A stretch of DNA of 64,000 nucleotides from Spirochaetia bacterium. GTDB lineage: Bacteria > Spirochaetota > Spirochaetia > SZUA-6 > Bin103. Position numbers and translations under genes: made by a program. This document shows, in pieces, positions 1 through 9,670 of the stretch. The stretch covers positions 1,312,001-1,376,000 of the forward strand of contig OZ241863.1 in the NCBI GenBank assembly GCA_965203055.1, written 5' to 3'. Numbering within the stretch: the first letter of the stretch is position 1; each line of letters opens with the position of its first letter. The notes below the pieces were generated by a model. It saw only the letters and a program-made list of their open reading frames with translations. It was not told the origin of the DNA and did not search any database.

Positions 1-1185
1 CTCGGCCTCGGCTTCGATCCAGGCCAGGTCGATCCCGGGCAGCGAGAGCAACTCCAGCAGCGGGCCGCGGCGCGGTTCGGCATACAGCAACTGCAGCAGG
101 TTGAGGGCGGCCCGTCCTATGGCTGAGCGCCGCACCGGCTTGCCGGTGGAGCGGTAGTGGGGCACCCCGGCCCGGTCCAGCACGCCGCAGATCAGTTCGT
201 CGTAGACCGGGTCCATGCGGTGCAGGATGGCGATTTCTCCCGCCGGCACGCCCGCTTCCAGGTCTTCCAGCACGCGGCGCACCGTCTCCTCGGTCTCCGC
301 CTGGCGGTCGGCGCAGGAAAACACCGCGCGGCGGGCGCGCGGCGCGCGCGCGGCCGGGCCGGCGTCCAGCGACACCAGCCGCAGGCCGCACTGCCGCAAC
401 CGCTCGACCGTCTGGTGGGCGAACGCGAACTGCTCGGCGCCGGCGTTCCACGGCAGGAACATGCGCGCCGGCATTGCGCGCACCAGCCGCGCCAGCATCC
501 GGAGCTGCAGGGCGTTGACGTCGTAGATGCCGTAGATCAGGACCTGCCGCGCGCCGGGCGCGCAGCGCTGCAGAATGGCGGCGGTCTGCGCCGGCGCCGC
601 GGCCGCGGCCTGCTCCACGGTGGCGGTGGCGTCGCTGAAGGGGGCGAGCGCCTGCCGGTAGGCGGCGGCGATCGCCGCCAGCGCACGCAGCCACGGGCGC
701 GGCGCGGCCGCGGCTACCAGCGGCGCGGCGATGCCGCCCTCGCGCAGGTCGCGCAGGGTGGCGGCCACGGCGTGCACCATGCTGGCCTCGGCGAGGCGGT
801 GCCCGGGATGGCCGCGGCCGGGCGCGCGTTGCTCGGCGATCACCTGTTCGAGCAGGGGAACGTGCGCGCCGTCGGGCAGCGGCGGCGCGGCGCGGCCGCC
901 GGCCGCTTCCGCGGCGCCGCCCGGCAGCGCCAGTTCGCCGGCCAGGTCCATCAGCGTCACGAAGCGCACGTTGGCCGCCGCCCGCAGCGCGCGCGCCAGC
1001 CGGCGGCGCAGGTAGACGTGCTGCAGGTGCGAACCTGCCACCACCAGCACCGGCGCCACCGGATCGTTCCCCTTGGCGGCGCGCACCGCGGCCACGAACT
1101 CCCGCTCCAGCGCGGCGAGGTCCGCGCTCACCACCAGGGTGGAGCCGGCGCCCGGCGCTGCGTCCGGCGCCGCGTCTCGCGTCAC
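1..1185 (-). CDS. AddB/RecC-like DNA repair helicase-nuclease subunit, N-terminal part (runs off window)
   Basis: Not in the ORF track. GTG at 1185 overlaps the upstream stop (GTGA). Hand translation: MTRDAAPD...DPVAPVLVVAGSHLQHVYLRRRLA...NVRFVTLMDLA...ETEETVRRVLEDL...EIAILHR...LDRAGVPHY, which resembles AddB-like N-terminal motifs. Confidence 0.7.
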   Translation of the reverse strand, partial: MTRDAAPDAAPGAGSTLVVSADLAALEREFVAAVRAAKGNDPVAPVLVVAGSHLQHVYLRRRLARALRAAANVRFVTLMDLAGELALPGGAAEAAGGRAAPPLPDGAHVPLLEQVIAEQRAPGRGHPGHRLAEASMVHAVAATLRDLREGGIAAPLVAAAAPRPWLRALAAIAAAYRQALAPFSDATATVEQAAAAAPAQTAAILQRCAPGARQVLIYGIYDVNALQLRMLARLVRAMPARMFLPWNAGAEQFAFAHQTVERLRQCGLRLVSLDAGPAARAPRARRAVFSCADRQAETEETVRRVLEDLEAGVPAGEIAILHRMDPVYDELICGVLDRAGVPHYRSTGKPVRRSAIGRAALNLLQLLYAEPRRGPLLELLSLPGIDLAWIEAEAE

Positions 1186-3413
1186 GACAACTCGACGATG
1201 GCGTGGACATCGACGCGCGGTACCACGAAGCGCGCGCCGGCCTCCGCGCCGGCACCCGCTTCCGCGCCCGCGGAAGCGGCCGTTACCGCCAGCTCCTCTC
1301 CCGCCGGCTGCAGAACCGCCCGCCGCACCGCGAAGCGGGTGCGCACCTCCAGTTCGTAGACCGGGATCTCTTCGGTGATCACGCTCGCCTTGGTGCGCAC
1401 CGGCCCGCCCGGCGTGCGGTTGACTAGGTGCAGCCAGCGCACCCGCTCCGGCGCGCGCTCCCACAGCACCGCCTCCACGGTGGCCGGACCGCGCACCTCC
1501 AGCGGCGGCGCGGCGCCGGCGGCCCAGCGCACCGCGTTCTCCAACAGCGCGCGAAAGTCGGGGTGGCCGTAGTCGTGGTACGCCTGTCCGAGCGGCTGCG
1601 GGAAGTACACCACCCGGCCCGCGCCGAACTGCTGGCTCACCGCCGCCGGGTAGGGCGTGTCCTCCTGCGGCGGTGAGCCCATCATCATCCCCCGCATCGG
1701 GTTGACGATCACCCCGTGGCCCTGCGCGCCGGCGCGCGGCGCCACCTTGAGCTGCAGCTTGTGCCACAGCGTCATCGGCCAGCCCGGTTCCAGGCCGGCG
1801 GTCAGCGGCCCGGCGCGGTCGTAGCGCATGAAGCCGTAGGTGAACGCGAACGGCTCCAGGTAGTCGCAGCCGAACAGGTCGGCCAGCAGGAAGTTCTCCC
1901 GCGGGCGCCCGAACTCGTCCGCCAGCGAGGTGCGGAAGGTCGCCACCAGCCCGCCGCCGGCCGCCACGAAGCGGCGCAACCCGGCCGCCAGCGCGTCGCT
2001 CATGCACACCACGTTGGGCAGCACCAGCACGCGCGGGCTGCCGGCCCGCCCCTCGGCGATGCGGCGTTCGGTCACCACGCCGTGCAGCACGCGGCGCTCC
2101 AACAGCGCCTCGTGCACGCCCTCCAACCCGGCCAGGTGGGCCTGCGCGTGGTGCTCCTGGGCGAAGTCCTGGCTCCGCTTCGACCATACCAGGTCGGCGT
2201 AGCGCACCCGCCGCGCGCCGGCGGCGCGGTCCGGCAGCCACGGCTCGCGCGCCCGCACCTGCTCGAACGCCGCCTCCATCCGCCGCAGCGAAAGCTGATC
2301 GAGGCCGCCGTCCGGGCGCACCTGGTCGTAGTATTGGATGAAGCCGCCGTTGGCGGTGATGGTCGCCATCTCGGTGAACAGCATCGGCACCGGCTTCACC
2401 TGGTAGCCGCGCACCATGTGCATCGAGCCCGCGCCGCTCCCGCCGCCCGCCCCGCCGGCCGCGCCGCCGTCGCCGGTCGCGGCGCCCCCCTGGCCGCCGG
2501 TGTTGAAGAAGCGCCAGCTTTCGATCTCATAGGGGCGGTCGGGGGTGAAGGCGTCCTGCATGCGGCACCACAGCGCCAACCCGCCGTAGCCGTCGCGGTA
2601 GTGGAACTCGCGGCTCACGTAGTCGTCGCAGTCGTTGAACCAGGCGTCGGCGGCCGCCTGAAAGCCGCTGCCGTTGTGAGTCACCGTCAGGTCCGGGTTC
2701 ACCGCGCGGATCGCGCCGATGATCTCGTGCAGCGCGCGCCGGTTCATGGTCTGGCGCCACCGGTAGTAGCGGCGGAAGCCGGCGTCGCGCCGGTCCGCCG
2801 CGTCCGGCAGCTCGCGCCCGCGGTCCTCGCGGTAGAGCTCGCGGCAGGTCTCGCAGTAGCAGATCGTGGTGCGCCCGAACCAGCCGAACCCGTCCAGCCA
2901 GTAGCCGTCGAAGTCGTAGCGCTGCGCCAGCTCGCGAACGATGTTCTTGATATATTCGCGCGCCGGTCCGAGGAGGCAGATCACCGGCGCCACGTCGCCC
3001 GACGGCACCAGCGGCGCCGTGTTGGTGCGCACCACCGGGCGGCCGTCGGCGTGGCGCGCGGCGTAGGACGCCACCAGGCCGCCGCGCCGCTCGCGCGAAG
3101 TCTGCACGTAGTACAGCAGCGTCATGTCGACTTCGCGGCAGGCGGCGGAGAACTCGCGCATCAGGTCGCGCGCGCCGATGGCGCGGTGCTTGTGGCCGTA
3201 GCGCGTGTCGTAGTAGCAGTTGCCCTGGTTGTCCTTGGCGTGTACGTAGAGCGCCTGGACGCCGGCCCGATGCAGCCGCCGCACGATGGCCGCCGGATCG
3301 ACCGCGCCCAGGTTGCCGGGCTGGCCGATCGGCATCTGGTCGGCCGAATCGGGCATCTGAAAGTCCAGCAGGTAGGCCCTCCTGCGCTCCTCGAACCACT
3401 TGCGCCTGCTCAC
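1182..3413 (-). CDS. Putative glycoside hydrolase (GHL6/alpha-amylase-like barrel plus beta-galactosidase trimerization-like domain)
   Basis: YVHAKDNQGNCYY, YDFDGYWLD, C-x-C-x2-C, VLVLPNVVCMSD...FVAAGGGLVAT, GAGRVVYF; lies in a sugar ABC operon. Confidence 0.75.
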   Translation of the reverse strand: MSRRKWFEERRRAYLLDFQMPDSADQMPIGQPGNLGAVDPAAIVRRLHRAGVQALYVHAKDNQGNCYYDTRYGHKHRAIGARDLMREFSAACREVDMTLLYYVQTSRERRGGLVASYAARHADGRPVVRTNTAPLVPSGDVAPVICLLGPAREYIKNIVRELAQRYDFDGYWLDGFGWFGRTTICYCETCRELYREDRGRELPDAADRRDAGFRRYYRWRQTMNRRALHEIIGAIRAVNPDLTVTHNGSGFQAAADAWFNDCDDYVSREFHYRDGYGGLALWCRMQDAFTPDRPYEIESWRFFNTGGQGGAATGDGGAAGGAGGGSGAGSMHMVRGYQVKPVPMLFTEMATITANGGFIQYYDQVRPDGGLDQLSLRRMEAAFEQVRAREPWLPDRAAGARRVRYADLVWSKRSQDFAQEHHAQAHLAGLEGVHEALLERRVLHGVVTERRIAEGRAGSPRVLVLPNVVCMSDALAAGLRRFVAAGGGLVATFRTSLADEFGRPRENFLLADLFGCDYLEPFAFTYGFMRYDRAGPLTAGLEPGWPMTLWHKLQLKVAPRAGAQGHGVIVNPMRGMMMGSPPQEDTPYPAAVSQQFGAGRVVYFPQPLGQAYHDYGHPDFRALLENAVRWAAGAAPPLEVRGPATVEAVLWERAPERVRWLHLVNRTPGGPVRTKASVITEEIPVYELEVRTRFAVRRAVLQPAGEELAVTAASAGAEAGAGAEAGARFVVPRVDVHAIVELS

Positions 3414-3434
3414 CTGAATCTCTTCCTGTTCTTC

Positions 3435-5021
3435 CTAGAAGAACGGAGCGCGGTTCCAGGCGGCCTGGTATACCCGCTCGTACTCGGCCAGGCCGGCCTG
3501 CCGCAGCTCGGTCAGATACGCCTCCCACTCGGCGTCCGAATCGATATCCTTCTGGCCCATCACGAACTTCAGGGTGTGCTCCTTGAAGGTGTCCTGCATG
3601 ACGGTCTCCAAGTCCACCTTGTCCTCGATTTCCTGCGGCGTGAACCCGCCGTACACGAATCCGACCGCCGGCAGATGGTCGAAGTCCTCCTTGGCGGTGA
3701 GCATCGGCCGGTGGCGCACGTTCATCGCCAGGAATTCGGGGAACTCGCCGGCGTAGCCGCCGAGACCGTAATCCTTCAACGTGCGCTGCGCGTCCGGGTG
3801 CCCGGACGCCTTGATGTCGTCGCGGTAGGTCGGTACGCCGTCCATCCAGGTGAAGGTCTCTCCTTCGATGCCGGCGGTAATGGCCTGGGTCCCCTCGTAG
3901 GTGAGGAGCCATTCGGAGAACTCCATCCAGCGCGCGAACTTGGCGCTCGAAATGTCCATCTTGGCGGTGAACGTGGCGCCGAACGGTTGCCCGGCCGGAT
4001 TCTTGTAAGCCAGCATCGGCCGGTCGGCGTAGGCGCGCACTTCGGTCTTGGGAACCACCCACTTGGCGTCGGGATACTGCGACCGCTGCAACTGATCGAA
4101 GAATCCGGCCCAGCTCAACCAGCCGCCGGCAATGAAGGATTGATTGTTGGCGATGCGCGCTTCCCACTGCTCCAGGGTGATGGTGCCGGCTTCCTTCTCC
4201 ATCAGCTCCTCCTCGTAGAGCGTGCTCAGGTACTTGAGCAGGTCGCGGTACTTGTCGGTCGCCGGCCCGTACACCACGGCTCCCGCGTCCTGATCATAGA
4301 TCGGACCGCCCCAATCGTAGGTGCGGAACGACTCGCGCAAGCCCATGGTGGCGGACCCCGGCCAGCCCCACTTGTGGGTCCACGGCACCGACTCCGGATA
4401 CTCAACCTTGAACGCCCGGAGTACCTCCAGCAGCTCGTCGGTGGTGCTCGGAAACTGCAATCCCAGCTTGTTGAACTCGGTCTCGTTGTACATGTAGCCG
4501 CGGTCGAGCGGCCACGGATACTTGGTCGGCAACACGTACATCTTGCCGTCGCCGGCAGACATCAGAGAGCGCATGAATTCCCATTCTTCGTCGCTCCACT
4601 GCGCCCGGTAATTGGGCATCCGGTCGAGGTAGTCGTCGACCGCGACGAAGAAGCCGCCGGGTATGTGGTTCAACATCATTACCCGCTGCGGGGACACGTT
4701 CCAGTTCCAGTTCATGTGCAGTTGCTCCGGGAAGTCGCCGCTGGCGAACATCACCGGCAACTTGGTGTCCACTTCATTGCGCGGCACGTACACCCACTCG
4801 TATTCGAGCCCGAACCGGTCGCGCAGGATGTCCTGGCGGATGTCCATCACTGCCTTGGGCTCGTTGGCGTGCAGGTCGTAGGTGAGCGCCGTGATGGTGG
4901 CGACTTCCAGCTCCTCGACCGCGCCCGCCTCCTCCGTTCCCGCGGCGAACAGCGGCGCCGCGGCCACGGCCGCCGCCGCGGCCGCCGCCGCGGCCAGTAA
5001 CGATAGCTTCATCTTCTTCAC
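3435..5021 (-). CDS. Carbohydrate ABC transporter solute-binding protein
   Basis: Signal peptide, DGKMYVLP, LGLQFPSTTDELLEVLRAFK; SD AGGAGG upstream of the GTG start. Confidence 0.9.
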   Translation of the reverse strand: MKKMKLSLLAAAAAAAAAVAAAPLFAAGTEEAGAVEELEVATITALTYDLHANEPKAVMDIRQDILRDRFGLEYEWVYVPRNEVDTKLPVMFASGDFPEQLHMNWNWNVSPQRVMMLNHIPGGFFVAVDDYLDRMPNYRAQWSDEEWEFMRSLMSAGDGKMYVLPTKYPWPLDRGYMYNETEFNKLGLQFPSTTDELLEVLRAFKVEYPESVPWTHKWGWPGSATMGLRESFRTYDWGGPIYDQDAGAVVYGPATDKYRDLLKYLSTLYEEELMEKEAGTITLEQWEARIANNQSFIAGGWLSWAGFFDQLQRSQYPDAKWVVPKTEVRAYADRPMLAYKNPAGQPFGATFTAKMDISSAKFARWMEFSEWLLTYEGTQAITAGIEGETFTWMDGVPTYRDDIKASGHPDAQRTLKDYGLGGYAGEFPEFLAMNVRHRPMLTAKEDFDHLPAVGFVYGGFTPQEIEDKVDLETVMQDTFKEHTLKFVMGQKDIDSDAEWEAYLTELRQAGLAEYERVYQAAWNRAPFF

Positions 5022-5113
5022 GTCGGTTCCTCCTGTCGTGAGTCGTTGCCACGGTGCGCCGCGCGGCGCACCCGAATCCGTTTTCCCTCCGGCTCACCTC
5101 CTTCCGGCGGCAA

Positions 5114-6013
5114 TCAATCCTTCAACGATCCGAGCATCACGCCCTTGACCAAGTAGCGTTGGATGAACGGATACAGCACCAGCATCGGCAGCATGGTAAT
5201 CGCGATCAGGCCGTACTTGATGCCCTGGATGGCCACCGCCTCCTGCTCCATCAAGTCGTTGCGGCCATATTGATCCTGCATGAACGACAGGCGCGCCATC
5301 TCGGTGCGCATCACGATGTCGCGCAGCACCAACTGCAGCGGATACTTCCTGGTGTCGTAGAGATAGATCATGGCATCGAAGAACGCGTTCCAGTGGCTCA
5401 CCGCGTAGAACAGCGCGATGGTCGCCACGCCCGCCTTGGCCAGCGGCAGCACGATGCGCACCAGCACCGCGGTCTCCCGCGCCCCCTCCAGGAAGGCCGA
5501 CTCCTCCAGCTCCTCCGGCACCTGCTTGAAGAAGGTGCGCATCACCAGCAGGTTGAACGCGCTGATGGCGATCGGCACCGTGAGCGCCAGGTAGGTATCG
5601 TACATGCCGAGCGCCCGCACCACCATGAAGCGCGGAATCAGGCCGCCGCTGAAGAACATGGTCACCACGATCATCACCGTGAAGGAGCGCCGAAACGGCA
5701 GCCGCCGCTTGGCCAGCGGATAGGCCATGGTCACGGTAAAGGTGAGGTTGATGGCCGTGCCCAACAGCGTGATGGTGATGGAATTGAGAAACGAGCGCGG
5801 GATCATCGGATCGCTGAACAGGATCGAATAGTGCCGGAGCGAGAATCCGACGGGCAGGACCGATACGTGTCCGGCGATGATGTGGTAGGTCTCGCTGACC
5901 GAGTTGGAGAGAATGTTGAGCACCGGGAAGATGGTGGTGAGCAGCACCACGGCGATCACCCCGTGCACCGCCAGCCCGACGAACCGTGACGACAGCGAGC
6001 GGTCGACTACCAC
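5114..6013 (-). CDS. Carbohydrate ABC transporter permease (MalG-like)
   Basis: EAA loop ELEESAFLEGA, FFSGGLIP, C-terminal YPFIQRYLVKGVMLGSLKD. Start trimmed to GTG 6013, which overlaps the upstream stop. Confidence 0.9.
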   Translation of the reverse strand: MVVDRSLSSRFVGLAVHGVIAVVLLTTIFPVLNILSNSVSETYHIIAGHVSVLPVGFSLRHYSILFSDPMIPRSFLNSITITLLGTAINLTFTVTMAYPLAKRRLPFRRSFTVMIVVTMFFSGGLIPRFMVVRALGMYDTYLALTVPIAISAFNLLVMRTFFKQVPEELEESAFLEGARETAVLVRIVLPLAKAGVATIALFYAVSHWNAFFDAMIYLYDTRKYPLQLVLRDIVMRTEMARLSFMQDQYGRNDLMEQEAVAIQGIKYGLIAITMLPMLVLYPFIQRYLVKGVMLGSLKD

Positions 6014-6972
6014 AGGCTTTCGTCCGCTACCTTGCGCGCGCTGTAGTTGGCAATCACCAGCAGCAGCAGATTGACCACCGAATTGAACATGCCGACCGCG
6101 GTGGCGAACGAGTAGTCGAACTTGACGATGCCGCGGCGGTACACGTAGGTGCCGATGACGTCGGCCACTTCGTAGGTGAGCGGGTTGTACATCAGGAGGA
6201 TCTTCTCCACGCCCACGTTGACGAAGCTGCCGATGCGCAGAATGAGCAGGATCATGATGACGGGCAGAATCGACGGCAGCGTGATGCTGCGGATCTTCTG
6301 CCAGCGGGTCGCGCCGTCGATCGCCGCCGACTCGTACAGCGACGCCGGGATGCCGTACATGGCGGCCAGATAGACGATCGCGCCCCAGCCGATGCCGGCC
6401 CAGATGCCGGATCCCACGTAGAGCGGCCGAAACCAAGCCGACTCGGCCATGAAGTAGATCGGTTCGATGCCGAGGCGGCTGAGCAGCCAGTTGACGTAGC
6501 CGTCGCTGGGCGAGAACAGCATCACCATCATGGCGACCACCGAGACGGTGGAGATGAAGTGGGGGAGGAAGCTGATCGTCTGGGCGAACTTGCGGTAGAA
6601 GGTGTTGCTCACCTCATACAGACACACCGCGAACAGGATCGACGCCGGAAACTCGAACAGGACCGAGTAGAAGCCCAGCAGCACGGTGTTGCGCAGCAGC
6701 GGAAAGAACTTCGGGCCGGTGAAGAAGTCGATGAAGTGCCGGAAGCCGATCCAGGGACTGGTGAGGTAGTTGGCGACCACCCCCTGGCCATACTTGGGGG
6801 CATAGTCCACGAATGCGAACGAGATGCCGTAGATCGGGAGATAATGGAAGAGGATGAAGTACAGCGCGCCGGGAGCAATGAGATAGAGCAGCGCGCGGTT
6901 CTTCCTGATCTCGCCCCACAGGGCCGGGCGCTGCCCGCGCGCCGCCGCGGTCGACCCCGGCGCGCTTTGGAT
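6007..6972 (-). CDS. Carbohydrate ABC transporter permease (MalF/LplB-like); start uncertain
   Basis: SFLPHFIS, LYESAAIDGA. The frame stays open with a first TM helix (ALLYLIAPGALYFILFHYLPIYG) upstream of the ORF-track start at 6810, up to a TAG at 7041-7039, with no ATG/GTG/TTG in between. The coordinate given is a candidate ATC. Confidence 0.85.
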   Translation of the reverse strand: MQSAPGSTAAARGQRPALWGEIRKNRALLYLIAPGALYFILFHYLPIYGISFAFVDYAPKYGQGVVANYLTSPWIGFRHFIDFFTGPKFFPLLRNTVLLGFYSVLFEFPASILFAVCLYEVSNTFYRKFAQTISFLPHFISTVSVVAMMVMLFSPSDGYVNWLLSRLGIEPIYFMAESAWFRPLYVGSGIWAGIGWGAIVYLAAMYGIPASLYESAAIDGATRWQKIRSITLPSILPVIMILLILRIGSFVNVGVEKILLMYNPLTYEVADVIGTYVYRRGIVKFDYSFATAVGMFNSVVNLLLLVIANYSARKVADESLW

Positions 6973-7024
6973 TACGTTTACCGCTGTAGGCGTTCCACCG
7001 GATCGAGGCTCGACAATGCGGCTA

Positions 7025-7053
7025 CCGATAGCAGACCCCTATCCGGCTGTCAA
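7025..7053 (-). promoter_or_regulatory. Possible sigma70-type promoter of the ABC operon
   Basis: TTGACA (7053-7048), 17-nt spacer, then TATCGG preceded by TGC; the -10 box is imperfect. Confidence 0.45.
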
Positions 7054-7073
7054 GCTCGCGCCGGGTGGGTGGG

Positions 7074-7262
7074 TCAGGGTGTCGGGTGTGTCAGCGGGTC
7101 AGGTCGTGGATCTTCCAGGACGCCGCGAAACAGCATGCCGTCCGGCCCGCCGCGCAGCTCCAGCGCCGCCGCCGGGGGCAGGGGAGTCCACCCGATCTCC
7201 TCCGCATGCCGCACCATCGGAAACTGCGCCGCCCCCGCCTCCGTGATCCCGCCCCCCGTCAC
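7074..7262 (-). pseudogene. hsdR: Type I restriction subunit R, N-terminal ~50-aa remnant
   Basis: [25 protein letters not shown]...[14 protein letters not shown] resembles HsdR N-termini; similarity stops near 7110. GTGA-coupled to the upstream AIPR remnant. Confidence 0.65.
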
Positions 7263-7820
7263 AAAGCCCTACCGATCCGCCGCCGGAACGCGGCAAGCGC
7301 TGGCTTGGACACGGAGACTTGCCGGTTCATCGCAGCTCCTCTGCTTCCGGCTCCAACAGGTCGACCAGGTCGGCCCGGCGGAAGGCCGCGGCCAGCCGTT
7401 GCAGCGCCGAAGTGGTCGCGGCCCCTGAACCGGGCCTGATGCGGCCGGCGGCGCCAGACTGCGAGCACCGCTTCCGCGACCGCGGCGCTGGTGAACTCGT
7501 CGGCCGCCGGCGCCCGGTCCTCACGCTTGGTCCGGTACCGTACCCCAACCCGGAGATCGACGTAGCGAGGTCCTGTTGGCGCCGGTCGTTCGCGCGCAGG
7601 TCGCGCAGATCGACCGGGTTCTGACTGTTGGTGGCGAACGTGATCGCCTCCACCAGGGCGTCGTCATGCCGCTCCAGCTCGTAGATGCGGACCAGCACCT
7701 CCGCCGCTTCGATCTTCTGCTCGTCGTTGCCCAGCCGAAGCTCGCCGGCAAGAAGGTCGGCATGCCGCTCGACGATGCCCGACACCTGTTGATCGATGAT
7801 CTGCGCCGCCAGGTGAGGTC
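7259..7820 (-). pseudogene. AIPR (abortive infection phage resistance) family remnant, internally deleted and frameshifted
   Basis: N-terminal LAAQIIDQQVSGIV is joined directly to VLVRIYEL...ITFATNSQNPVDLRDLRAND, then shifts frame to AVLAVWRRRPHQARF. Confidence 0.75.
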
Positions 7821-7821
7821 A

Positions 7822-9123
7822 TCATTCATTCCGGCGGGCGGCGGCGCGGGCCGCGTGGCGGTGACGGTAACGGTGATGCGCGGCGCACAGCAGACGGAGA
7901 TTATCGGGCTCGGCGCTGCCGCCGAGCGCATACGGGAAGACGTGATCGACCTGCAGCAGGTAGCGGGAGCCGCAGCGCCGCCCGCTGCCCCGGTCCACGT
8001 AGCTGCAGCGGCCCTGATCGCGCTCCCAGACCTGCCGCTTGACCGCGGCGGGGATAGCGCGGCCGGCTGCGCGCGGCTTCTCCGGCTTGACGGCGGCGGC
8101 ATCCGCCGGCCGCGCCGGCCGCTTCTCCGCCGGCGGGGCCGGCCGTTGCGCGTCGCACTCCGTCTTCGGCGCCGAAGTGCGGGTGGCGGCGGTCGGGGCC
8201 GGCCGTTTCGCTGGCGCGACGGCGGTGCGGGCCTCGTCCGCCCGCTCCATCGCCGGCGAATTCCCGGCACCCGCGGGCAGCGCAGCCGATTCGGCCCGTT
8301 TCTTCGGCGCCGAAGTTTGCGCGGCGTCCGCGGGCCGGTTGGCGGTGCGCCGGCCGCGCGGAGGCCGGGCCGGGTCATGGCGATCCAGCGCCTCCCGTAC
8401 CAACCGGCCCATGAGCTGGCCTGCCGTCAGGTGCGGATCGACGTGGGAAAGAAGGCCCTTGAGCCGCTCCAGCCCATGCCGGCAATCGTCGTCGATTACC
8501 GCCTTGATCTCCCACCGCCCCGCGCCCAGCGGGCGCATCCGCTCCGCCGGCGCCGCCAGCTCGGGAGCGGCGTTCGCCAACAATTCCTGCACCTGCCGCG
8601 TGCTCCTGCCGGCCGCCTGCTCCACCAGCGCCCGCCGCGCCGACGCGTCCAACATCGGCGCCATCGCCGGCCCCGGCGCTGGCCGCGGTTCCGCCGGCCG
8701 GGCCGGTCCCGATGTCGGCGCCGTCGAGCCGGCTCCCGCCCCTGCGCTGCGCCCCGCGCGCCCCCGCTTGCGCTCCTGCTGATCGAAGGCGTTCTGCAAC
8801 TGCGCCGCCGCGTTCAGCGTCAGCGAGCCGTCCCGCAGCCGCTCGCGCGCGCCTTCGACATCCGCGCACAACCGCATCGCCTTGATGCGCCGCCAGGCCG
8901 CCGCGTCGCTGTATCCCAGCTCGCGCACCGCGTAATCGAACAGGCTGGAGAAGCCCAGCGTCAGATACAGACGGCGCCGGTGAAGCTCGCGCAGATGATC
9001 GATGACCACCACCTCAAGTTCGTGTTCCAGCCCGGACAACTCCTTGATCCGCTCCAACAATCGCTGGTCGGAAAGAGCGGAGACCGTGGTCATGATCTCT
9101 ACGTTCGAGCTCGCATTATCCAT
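7822..9123 (-). CDS. HNH endonuclease with DUF222-like N-terminal region
   Basis: C-terminal RDQGRCSY...C...LQVDHVFPYALGG...NLRLLCAAHH; N-terminal LGFSSLFDYAVRELGYS. Start set at ATG 9123 behind a promoter. Confidence 0.85.
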   Translation of the reverse strand: MDNASSNVEIMTTVSALSDQRLLERIKELSGLEHELEVVVIDHLRELHRRRLYLTLGFSSLFDYAVRELGYSDAAAWRRIKAMRLCADVEGARERLRDGSLTLNAAAQLQNAFDQQERKRGRAGRSAGAGAGSTAPTSGPARPAEPRPAPGPAMAPMLDASARRALVEQAAGRSTRQVQELLANAAPELAAPAERMRPLGAGRWEIKAVIDDDCRHGLERLKGLLSHVDPHLTAGQLMGRLVREALDRHDPARPPRGRRTANRPADAAQTSAPKKRAESAALPAGAGNSPAMERADEARTAVAPAKRPAPTAATRTSAPKTECDAQRPAPPAEKRPARPADAAAVKPEKPRAAGRAIPAAVKRQVWERDQGRCSYVDRGSGRRCGSRYLLQVDHVFPYALGGSAEPDNLRLLCAAHHRYRHRHAARAAARRNE

Positions 9124-9129
9124 GAAGAC

Positions 9130-9158
9130 AATATACTCAAGAGATGGATCAGAGGCAA
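9130..9158 (-). promoter_or_regulatory. Sigma70-type promoter, leaderless geometry
   Basis: TTGCCT-17nt-TATATT-6nt-ATG(9123). Confidence 0.65.
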
Positions 9159-9191
9159 GCTTCATTCGATAATAAACTTTGCGAAGTGTGG

Positions 9192-9608
9192 TCACCGTAG
9201 ATCATCTACGCCGATCTCGCTCGTCATCAATATCCGAAGAAGCGATCTGAACAGCTCTTCCAATAATGCGGCCTTACGCCGATGGAAGTCGACGGCTTTG
9301 CGCACCTTGCTCAGCGCTTGCACGATGGCCTGTTGTTCGCGTTTCGGAGGTTGCGGCACGTTGAGCGCGGCCAGCCTGCTGCAGGACAGATTCGGGATCG
9401 TGGTCCTGTTGCCGGCGCCTTCGAAGATGCCGAGCTGCGTGAACGCAGACTGCAGGAAGTACACGTAGAAGCGGGGCTCCACGTCTTCAATCGGGCGCAG
9501 TCGATGCAGGTGATTCTGGAACGACATCGTTTCCACTTCGCCGTTCCAGATCGCCGCGCGGCCGATCTCGCCGCCTTCGCACACCAGCAGGTCGCCGGGC
9601 CGCAGCAG
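9192..9608 (-). pseudogene. hsdS: Type I R-M specificity subunit, C-terminal remnant
   Basis: [20 protein letters not shown]...FQNHLHRLR...TTIPNLS...[12 protein letters not shown]...[11 protein letters not shown]; only part of one TRD plus the conserved helix remains. Confidence 0.85.
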
Positions 9609-9670
9609 CCCGCTGTGTGGATGGTCCTCCTGCGCGGCCCCGCCGCTGGCGTACCGCGTCAGCGGTTAGA

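Noticed and set aside
1716..5000. 1094-aa plus-strand ORF and similar long ORFs (157-1359, 7576-9468, 10416-13220, 11045-13456, 35099-37084, 38935-40836, 59108-60889)
   Set aside because: These are antisense or alternate-frame shadows of well-supported genes, with Arg/Ala/Gly-rich composition and no motifs, as expected in high-GC DNA.
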